The notes beneath the pieces were generated by a model that saw only the letters and a list, made by a program, of their open reading frames with translations, did not search any database and was not told where the DNA came from. DNA of 64,000 bases from the sequence record SRR31156797_505; one strand, written 5' to 3'. A program made the position numbers and the translations under genes. Shown here piece after piece: positions 29,501 through 36,808 of the stretch; within the stretch, counting starts at the first letter, position 1; the number at the start of each line of letters is the position of its first letter.

Positions 29501-29824
29501 CAGGGTCAGCACCCTGTGGTGTATCAGTAAGTCGTGAAAAAATCTTAAAATTGATAGCTTGTCATTATCAGTTAGCCGCTGACCGAAGGGGAGTGCTTAA
29601 GGGTGGAAGTTTAGGTTGCGGTCACAGTATTGTGACAGGGCTCTACATCCTGACGTAGAAAGCCCCCGCAAAACCTTATTATCAAGATTTTTTCAGCGGG
29701 GGCTGAAGTTCGAGGTATTAATGACCCTACCTCCGTATTTATTGTAACAGCTCCAACGTACATACAATTTTTCACACGAGACCTTTCCGCGTCTCAAACG
29801 TTTTGTCTCTGTCGGTGCTGATAC
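29501..29824. repeat. Highly structured ~320-bp intergenic element (nested inverted repeats)
   Basis: TGAAAAAATCTT (29535-46) pairs perfectly with AAGATTTTTTCA (29684-95) and encloses several hairpins. Both ends carry the CAGCACC motif of the dispersed repeat family. Confidence 0.6.
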
Positions 29825-29874
29825 TATTAATCTATGTTCAGTAGCTAATTCCGCAAGAGATATTTTGAGTTAAG

Positions 29875-31116
29875 TTAAAAAATTACTCTATTTCTTCCAG
29901 CCTCTTTCGCCTTGTAAAGATTTTCATCTGCCAGCTTAACAATATCGAGAGGCTCAGGCATTTTACTATCAGCGGGGAGCTCTTCGTGAACACCGAAGCT
30001 TGATGTTATGTGTATCATTTTTGTGCCTATGTTGAAGGGAGTCATCTCGATGATGAGTCTGATATCTTCCACTATTCGGGCAGTGTCTTCGCCCGCTCTC
30101 TGAGGGAATACAAACATAAACTCTTCTCCGCCGTATCTGATGAGCTTTGATTCAGGGCACTCTTTATGCTTTTCAAGCAGCGCAGAGAAATCCTTGAGAA
30201 CCATATCGCCAGCTTTATGTCCGTGGGTGTCGTTGACAGATTTAAAGTGGTCGATATCAGCCAGAACAACAGAGTAAGGTTTGCCGGAAATCATAGATTG
30301 CGCAGCGGCCTTATCCATTATGCTCTTGAGCTGTTTTCTCGTCAGTGCACCGGTCAGAGGATCGGTGAGGAATGACTCTACCATACTGCTCTGCTCTGCG
30401 ATTGAGAGGAGATAGGTCATGGAGAGGAAATTCTCTTTCATCCCTGTGTATGTTGCCAGTGCTCCTCTGTAGTCCTGCTGTTCGAAACTGAAGAGCATGT
30501 TTTCATGAAGCTTACTGAAATTATCGGAAACCTTTATTATTTCGTATCTGAGTGAGTCAGATTTGATTTCAATCTCTTTAAGTTCAGGCTTTACCTCTAG
30601 AAAATGTTCGAGGTCTTCTCTGTCGTTGTTGAGTATCATGGAGTGGAGCATAAGGAACCACTCGAGATGATCTTTCAGGTTGTCAGTGTTGGCGGAGAGG
30701 CTGTTCATGATCCTGAGCTGTTCTGTGAACTGTTCTACCTCATGCTCAAGATAACCGTAAGCGATATTTGATCTGATTAGAGTGAAAAAGTTATCAAGCG
30801 CTATTACGGAGTTAGGTCTCACCCGGAAGACAACAAGGAACTTTTTATAGAGATAATCAGTGGCAGTTTCCATGCTGGAAAAGCTGATTCCTCTTTTTGC
30901 GTGATCTCTCCCCAATTTACGGTGGAGAGTTTTCAACTGCTGATTATTAAGTTTATGGATACCTGCAAAGTGCTTTATCTGTTTCTCTATGACTTGCATC
31001 ACATGGTACTTATCTCTGAAAAAGCCGTCCAGAAGCTGGTTACTCATGATCGTTGCGTAGAATTTGTCAAAGATAGGTTTAAAGGTTTCCGTACTGGAAC
31101 CAAATAATTTAAACAT
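29875..31116 (-). CDS. Diguanylate cyclase with N-terminal globin-like sensor
   Basis: FYATI...LGRDHAKRG globin-like N-terminus, then DPLTG, DIDHFK.VND.HGH, RYGGEEF and ADENLYKAK..GRNR. Confidence 0.88.
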   Translation of the reverse strand: MFKLFGSSTETFKPIFDKFYATIMSNQLLDGFFRDKYHVMQVIEKQIKHFAGIHKLNNQQLKTLHRKLGRDHAKRGISFSSMETATDYLYKKFLVVFRVRPNSVIALDNFFTLIRSNIAYGYLEHEVEQFTEQLRIMNSLSANTDNLKDHLEWFLMLHSMILNNDREDLEHFLEVKPELKEIEIKSDSLRYEIIKVSDNFSKLHENMLFSFEQQDYRGALATYTGMKENFLSMTYLLSIAEQSSMVESFLTDPLTGALTRKQLKSIMDKAAAQSMISGKPYSVVLADIDHFKSVNDTHGHKAGDMVLKDFSALLEKHKECPESKLIRYGGEEFMFVFPQRAGEDTARIVEDIRLIIEMTPFNIGTKMIHITSSFGVHEELPADSKMPEPLDIVKLADENLYKAKEAGRNRVIF

Positions 31117-31339
31117 AGATCACCCCTTGGTTATATAGGTAATTATACTTAAACAGAAGAACCTTATCCATACTTATTAACAAGTAAAAACTGCGCTGAA
31201 TTCTTGCTGATACCTCTTTAGCGTATTATTTGATTATATAGATTAACGAATGGTAAGTCCTTGATATTTAATGTAAATTTTGTGTAGGCGAGGTGAGGAT
31301 ATGGTATTATTCAAGATAGGAAACAGTGGAGGTTGTTTT

Positions 31340-32788
31340 ATGCGCAGTTTATTTATCGTTATAGCTATCATGATGGCAGCTTCATTTGCGTACGCTGACG
31401 GCGTCATTATCGACGATAGTTATTACAAAACCAAAGAGTACCAGAAGTACAAAGAGAGGAGTGCCTCAAAAGCTAATCCTCATCAGAAACTGACAAACTA
31501 CACAGGTGCAATGTACTGTGAGCGATGTCATTCAGGGGCTATCGAAGAGATCATGAACTCTGTTCACTACCAGTGGGAAAGTGAAGCGACAGGTGCTGTT
31601 GTAAGCAGAGACGGTAAGCCGCTCCCTATGGGGACAAAAGTTGGCAAGAGACATAAGATAGGCTCTCTGCCGAACACATATCCGATGGCTAATATGCTCG
31701 CCAAACTGCCGATGCCTAAGGATAAATCTAAAAAGATCAGCCTTGGCTGTGGTAAATGCCATGTGGCGGACGGTCACGTCCCTGTGCCGTATGAAGAGGC
31801 AACTTTTGAGCAGAAAAACTCTATAGACTGCCTTATGTGTCACGCTTCAGAATATGACATGAAGAAGCATCAGATAGTAAACAAAGGGACTAAAGAGAAG
31901 AAAAAATTCAGACTCCTTAGCGACAAATCTGACAAGGCTCTCCAGTCTGTGGGTAAGCCAACTGTTGAGGCCTGTATGAGATGTCATTATAATGTCGGCG
32001 GCGGTCCTCTATTTAAGCGGGGTATAGACTATGCTGACGACACTGATGTGCACGCAGCGAAGGGGCTTACATGTTCTGACTGCCACACCCCAAGACCTAG
32101 GAAAGATCATGGTATGGTCAGAGGTCCCGGGATAGACCTTCAGAATTACGACCACTTTACAGAGGACTCAACCTGTGTGAAATGTCACTCAGGCAAAGTG
32201 CATAAAGAAGCGAGATATGACTATTACGGAGCTGGACGTGTGGCCTGTGTTACATGTCATGTTAAATCCACAGGCGGTCTTATGCAGAGAGATTTTACAT
32301 CATATAAGAAGAGTCCTAAGTCTGGCATGAATCTTTTTAAATCTGTCGTTAAAGATGAGCACTCCGAGCCGGTTGTTTACAAGTGGTGGAATGAGAAGAA
32401 TGACGGAACTTTTACACCGAAAGGCTCTTACGCAGACGGACACAGCAAGCTCTACGCTTTCAAAGAGTTTAAGCAGAAGATTTTTGTAGATGCTAGGGGT
32501 GAAAGGCTTCCAACGAAGAACGGACTTATCTTTATGAAGGGTGAGGGTGCCGTTAAGAAAGCTATCCTGATAGCTCAGAAGCAGGGCAGGTTCATCGGCG
32601 GAAAGATGGAAAACCCTGGAAAGAAGAAGCCGGATCTTGCTGGGACAAAAGAGATAACCGAATACTTTATGGTGTCTCATGGTGTTGTTCCTAAAGAAGA
32701 GGCTCTTAAGTGTGCTGACTGTCACGGGGATAGTCCTGTTATCAGCTGGAGTGCACTCGGCATGGAAAATCCTAAGCATATCAAGTAA
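31340..32788 (+). CDS. Octaheme c-type cytochrome, tetrathionate reductase (OTR)-like
   Basis: Signal peptide and eight CXXCH motifs (CERCH, CGKCH, CLMCH, CMRCH, CSDCH, CVKCH, CVTCH, CADCH). S.HYQW, IDCL.CH, DVH and HGV.PKE.AL.C..CH spacing. Confidence 0.8.
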   Translation: MRSLFIVIAIMMAASFAYADGVIIDDSYYKTKEYQKYKERSASKANPHQKLTNYTGAMYCERCHSGAIEEIMNSVHYQWESEATGAVVSRDGKPLPMGTKVGKRHKIGSLPNTYPMANMLAKLPMPKDKSKKISLGCGKCHVADGHVPVPYEEATFEQKNSIDCLMCHASEYDMKKHQIVNKGTKEKKKFRLLSDKSDKALQSVGKPTVEACMRCHYNVGGGPLFKRGIDYADDTDVHAAKGLTCSDCHTPRPRKDHGMVRGPGIDLQNYDHFTEDSTCVKCHSGKVHKEARYDYYGAGRVACVTCHVKSTGGLMQRDFTSYKKSPKSGMNLFKSVVKDEHSEPVVYKWWNEKNDGTFTPKGSYADGHSKLYAFKEFKQKIFVDARGERLPTKNGLIFMKGEGAVKKAILIAQKQGRFIGGKMENPGKKKPDLAGTKEITEYFMVSHGVVPKEEALKCADCHGDSPVISWSALGMENPKHIK

Positions 32789-32812
32789 GATATTCTGATA
32801 TAAAAGAAGTGA

Positions 32813-32844
32813 AGGGGAGGGTTAAGAGCTCTCCCCCTTTTTTT
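32813..32844 (+). terminator. Rho-independent terminator after the octaheme gene
   Basis: GGGGAGGGTT-aag-AGCTCTCCCC followed by a T run. Confidence 0.75.
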
Positions 32845-32859
32845 ATGCTTAAAGTCAGT

Positions 32860-33129
32860 CTAGGACATCAGTCTTGAGTTTATCCACTTCTTTGTCTTAT
32901 CATCACATTTGCATGCATAATTTGTTCCTATCTGACATATAAATGCGCTATCCTTGTCAGTAAGGTAACGGCTAATCCTGTCCATGATAACGCTTGATGC
33001 CTCATCAGTTCGGATGATCCAGACGTCCGGCTCGTGCCTTATTCCCTCATAATTATTAAGTATAAGTCCAAGCTTCGAAAGAGTAGAAATACCTGATTTG
33101 ATATTTAGAGTCACGAAATATAGTTCCAT
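32860..33129 (-). CDS. Small hypothetical protein, Cas2/VapD-like ferredoxin fold suspected
   Basis: YFVTLNI...VWIIRTDE.S..IMDRI..YL..KD..FI.QI......KWI pattern, recalled from small phage-associated Cas2-like proteins. Confidence 0.55.
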   Translation of the reverse strand: MELYFVTLNIKSGISTLSKLGLILNNYEGIRHEPDVWIIRTDEASSVIMDRISRYLTDKDSAFICQIGTNYACKCDDKTKKWINSRLMS

Positions 33130-33268
33130 CAGTAACCGCCCATAGTTCACTTATTGGAAATTTTCTTGCAATGTATTATTATATGTTATATAAGTATTTA
33201 TTATATAGTTTCAGGCGAGAATTCACAGATATGGAATTATTTAATGTATATATTTATAGGGGGTAAAA

Positions 33269-33685
33269 ATGAGTGATTCCAGAAAATATGCATGTGATAT
33301 TAGCGGTAACCTTTTTAAAACTGTTAACAAGAAAGGTGTACGAAGAGAAAAACTGGCAACTGAGCTGGGGATTTCTGTGAACCAACTTAAAAATTACGCT
33401 TATGACAGCAGTAAGTCGGCTACACTTGAGAATTTCCTCTATGTTCTTACAAGGTATCGGTGCGCAGATGTTTTAAATGATATCGCATCTGAGATGGGGT
33501 GCTGTGTGACACAGCTTCCTGATAATGACAAAGGTGTTGCGTCGGTCGATATTGTGTCTGATATGATGATAGATACAGCAGAGTTGATTAAAAACCTAGG
33601 CGATAAGAACAGTTCGAGAGAACAGCTTAAACAAAATATACAGCGTTCAATTGAGCGTCTGGTAACACTTTCAAAGACTATCTGA
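33269..33685 (+). CDS. HTH protein resembling phage CII-type regulators
   Basis: REKLATELGISVNQLKNY HTH followed by 'LNDIASEMGC.VTQLP' and a helical C-terminus. AGGGGG RBS. Confidence 0.6.
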   Translation: MSDSRKYACDISGNLFKTVNKKGVRREKLATELGISVNQLKNYAYDSSKSATLENFLYVLTRYRCADVLNDIASEMGCCVTQLPDNDKGVASVDIVSDMMIDTAELIKNLGDKNSSREQLKQNIQRSIERLVTLSKTI

Positions 33686-33743
33686 AAAAAAATTTAAAAA
33701 CATACTTGAAATAAGACAAAAAAAGTCTACTATATAAGTATGG

Positions 33744-33823
33744 TTGCTGTAAAAGGCGAATCAATAAAACCTCTACTCTCTCATTATAGCAAAACGGCGG
33801 ATGTTAATTCATTCGCCGTTTTT
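33744..33823 (+). promoter_or_regulatory. Putative attenuator leader (terminator plus alternative pairings)
   Basis: Terminator AAAACGGCGGATG/CATTCGCCGTTTT (33791-33822). Upstream AAGGCGAAT (33753-61) is complementary to its 3' arm. TTGCTGTAA/TTATAGCAA stem (33744-52/33784-92). TTGAAA...TACTAT promoter-like hexamers upstream. Confidence 0.55.
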
Positions 33824-33900
33824 GTGCATACTTACATACAGTTTTGAGCTATAATTATTACTACACACATTTAAAAAATGATTAAATTTCGGAGGTCTGA

Positions 33901-35625
33901 GTGAAGAAATTATATCCGTTATATTATAATAAACTCAGCCCGTGCTATTCCAGAGATCATCTCGGGAATCACGGCTGTTACGCCAGAAACGATATCCCTC
34001 GTTTTCTCTATCTAACACAACTGGGCAGATTCGAAGAAGCCTTCTATGTGCTTAAAGAGACAAACCCTTTCAGCTCCGGCTGCGGTCGGTTTTGTGACCA
34101 CCCTTGCGAGACAGCGTGTAATCGTACTAAGTATGATGAACCGGTGGATATCAAGGCTATGGAACGTTTTATCTCCGATTGGGGTTATAAAAATAATTTA
34201 GAGCCTAGAAAAATTTCTGGCACTAAGGATAAAAAAATTGCTGTTGTCGGGTCAGGTCCAGCGGGGCTTTCGGCGGCATTTTTCCTTGCTCGTCAGGGAT
34301 ACCGCACAGATGTCTACGAGAAGGAAGAGAGACCGGGCGGACTTCTGACACAGGGTATACCTGCATTCAGATATCCTTCAGATGTTTTTGAGAAGGAGCT
34401 CTCCTTCATTAAAAAAGCTGGTGTTAATATCAAATGCGGCGAAAACATAAACAAAGATAAATTCTTAAACCTCACACGTGAGTATGACGCAGTTATCGTT
34501 TCAACTGGTGCACATAAGCCTGTTGAGATGGGTATCGAAGGTGAGAAGCTAGACGGTGTTGAATCAGCCATTCCATTCTTAAGAACGATAAATTTCGGCA
34601 GTGCGGAAAAGCTGAACATCAAAGAGGGCGAGCGCATATGTGTTATCGGCGGCGGTTATTCCGCTATAGATGTTGCAAGGTGCTCCACAAGGCTAGGTGC
34701 ATCACCGACTGTGGTCTACAGGCGTACAGAGGATGAGATGACAGCTCACGCTGGCGAGGTTGAGGACACTATCAAAGAGGGTGTGGATTATAAATTTCTC
34801 CGCCAGCCGCTTAAAATAGTAAAAAATAAAAAGGGTGGTCTGACTGTTCATGTTCAGGTTATGAAGCTCGGACCTGTTGATGAGAGCGGGCGTGCTAAGC
34901 CTTTTGCTGTCCCGGGGTTAATCGAAAAGCTCGATTTTGACCGTGTTGTCCTCGCCATAGGTGACAGACCTGATCTTTATTTCGTGGGCGAAAGCTTTAC
35001 GGTGGATTTCCCTCGGATGATATGTCCTGACCTTCAGGAAGAAGACAGGGATAAGGTTTTCATCACTGGTGATGCCACTATGGGCAATGTGGAAAATGTT
35101 GGTATGGTTGTCCGTGTTGTAGGGCTGGCTCAGGATACGGCTAAGGCTGTAAGGGAGTTTTTCGGTGAGGATGTCGAGTCCGAATCGAGGAGAGAGATAG
35201 CTTACTACAGCAGTCTCAATACTAAATATTTCGAAAAAACGGGTAGACTTGTTGAAGACGAGCTTCCTGTAGCAGATAGAGAGGGCAATTTTGATGAGAT
35301 TGTCCGGACTGTTGATGAGGATATGGCGATGCTTATGTCATCGAGGTGCTTCAACTGCGGTATCTGCATTCAATGTGACTGGTGCTACCACTATAGTGAC
35401 GGCTCACTTATGAAGTTTCAGAAGGAGTGGACACCTGAGAAGGATGAACATTTCTACGAGTTTTTAGAGGATAAGCTTGGCGACGCTACTTATAAGTCTG
35501 TTGAGGCCTGTCCAAGATCAGCACTCACAGTGACAAAAGAGGGCTCTAAGCTCGATGAATTCAGAAAGAAACAATACATACAGGCTTGCGAGCTTTTCGG
35601 TGGAGGGTGTGACCATGATCATTAA
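33901..35625 (+). CDS. FAD/NAD(P)H-dependent Fe-S oxidoreductase, GltD/DsrL-like (glutamate synthase small subunit family)
   Basis: NPF...CGRFCDHPCE.AC.R, VGSGPAG, GIPAFR, IGGG.SA.D, YRR and C-terminal RCFNCGICIQCDWC...EACP. Confidence 0.88.
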   Translation: MKKLYPLYYNKLSPCYSRDHLGNHGCYARNDIPRFLYLTQLGRFEEAFYVLKETNPFSSGCGRFCDHPCETACNRTKYDEPVDIKAMERFISDWGYKNNLEPRKISGTKDKKIAVVGSGPAGLSAAFFLARQGYRTDVYEKEERPGGLLTQGIPAFRYPSDVFEKELSFIKKAGVNIKCGENINKDKFLNLTREYDAVIVSTGAHKPVEMGIEGEKLDGVESAIPFLRTINFGSAEKLNIKEGERICVIGGGYSAIDVARCSTRLGASPTVVYRRTEDEMTAHAGEVEDTIKEGVDYKFLRQPLKIVKNKKGGLTVHVQVMKLGPVDESGRAKPFAVPGLIEKLDFDRVVLAIGDRPDLYFVGESFTVDFPRMICPDLQEEDRDKVFITGDATMGNVENVGMVVRVVGLAQDTAKAVREFFGEDVESESRREIAYYSSLNTKYFEKTGRLVEDELPVADREGNFDEIVRTVDEDMAMLMSSRCFNCGICIQCDWCYHYSDGSLMKFQKEWTPEKDEHFYEFLEDKLGDATYKSVEACPRSALTVTKEGSKLDEFRKKQYIQACELFGGGCDHDH

Positions 35626-36808
35626 GAAAGAGGGACATTCAACATCAAGAAATATATCAGTAAACGACTTTTCAGGTGGAGAGCTTGGGCTTCCGGGCGG
35701 AGCCTGTGGTCTGCTCGGTGTGGTCGGTGATTTCAGTCTGGCGGCTGTTCTCAAAGCTGCTAGATGCCTGCAATACCGTGGGCGTACGGGTGCAGGTGTT
35801 ACACTTAAGTCACTTTATAAAGACTCGGGATTTTTCAACTTCCATATCATGTTCCGCTCAGAGGATAAGATAGACGAACTGGACGAAGTTCTCGCTACTA
35901 TGGGGCTTCGCATCCTTGAGAAGCGTGACATGGTTCAGCGTAAATTCTACTACGAATACGACCTGCCGGTTATCATGCACTACAGTATTGTGCCTCCTTC
36001 ACCGGAGGAGATGATGTTTAGGGAGCGTATAGAAGACGAGCAGGAATACATCGCCCAGTGTGTTACACGCTTTAATAAGAAGTACATAGACGATGCTAGG
36101 ATATTTTCAAGCTCTAAGTATAATGGTACATTCCTTACCGCATACGAGCTTCAGGATACTATCGATATATATAATATTAATCAGTTTGAAGAGAGCTACT
36201 ACGATGCTTGTCTCATACACCTCCGCTGGCCAACGTCTCAAGGTCGTGGTCTCTGGTGGGGACCTCAGCCGATATCTATAGGCGAGGTTGCAGGGGTGCA
36301 TAACGGTCACCTCTCAAGTGACATGTCTAACGCACGTGCTCTCGAGCAGCTGGACATTATGCTCACCGCTGGAACAGACTCTGAGGCTATCTTCTTATCT
36401 GTGCAGTATCTGCTGAAACAGGGGTACAGCTTAGAGGAGATCGAGTGGGTTATGTGCCGGAAGTTTCCGCAGGAGCTTAACGCTATGACAGATGAAGCTC
36501 GTGACAGATACAATAAGCTTATGGAATCTCCATTCCTCTACCGTATGAAGATGTCCGGTCCCGCCACAGCCATCACTATGTTTGAAGATACTGTTGTCGG
36601 CTTCACTGACAGAGACCATTTGCGGTCATTTTCAGTTGGTATAAACGACAAGGTCGCTCTTATGGGTTCCGAGCAGAGGGCGGTTATTTCTGCGGCATAT
36701 TTTATGCACGAAGAGCTGAATATGTTCGATCCGGAAGCTGGCAAGATTGTCGGCTTTAACGTAAAGGACAAGAAGGTCACCAGACTGGATTACGGGTGGA
36801 AGAAATGA
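35615..36808 (+). CDS. Stand-alone class II glutamine amidotransferase (GltB1-like)
   Basis: Short propeptide, then A|CGLLG (Ntn nucleophile Cys), LQYRG, HLRWPT, HNG, TDSE and DR..LRS. Confidence 0.85.
   Translation: MIIKKEGHSTSRNISVNDFSGGELGLPGGACGLLGVVGDFSLAAVLKAARCLQYRGRTGAGVTLKSLYKDSGFFNFHIMFRSEDKIDELDEVLATMGLRILEKRDMVQRKFYYEYDLPVIMHYSIVPPSPEEMMFRERIEDEQEYIAQCVTRFNKKYIDDARIFSSSKYNGTFLTAYELQDTIDIYNINQFEESYYDACLIHLRWPTSQGRGLWWGPQPISIGEVAGVHNGHLSSDMSNARALEQLDIMLTAGTDSEAIFLSVQYLLKQGYSLEEIEWVMCRKFPQELNAMTDEARDRYNKLMESPFLYRMKMSGPATAITMFEDTVVGFTDRDHLRSFSVGINDKVALMGSEQRAVISAAYFMHEELNMFDPEAGKIVGFNVKDKKVTRLDYGWKK

Noticed and set aside
31200..31300. FNR-type boxes upstream of the octaheme gene
   Set aside because: Only TTGAT half-sites are present, with no matching ATCAA at the right spacing.
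32860..33268. CRISPR-Cas locus suggested by the Cas2-like ORF and AT-rich spacer
   Set aside because: I saw no repeat-spacer array and no other cas gene anywhere in the window.
33740..33847. 35-aa leader peptide (MVAVKGESIK...) upstream of the glutamate-synthase-like operon
   Set aside because: It has no RBS, no run of regulatory codons, and it reads through the terminator rather than stopping before it.
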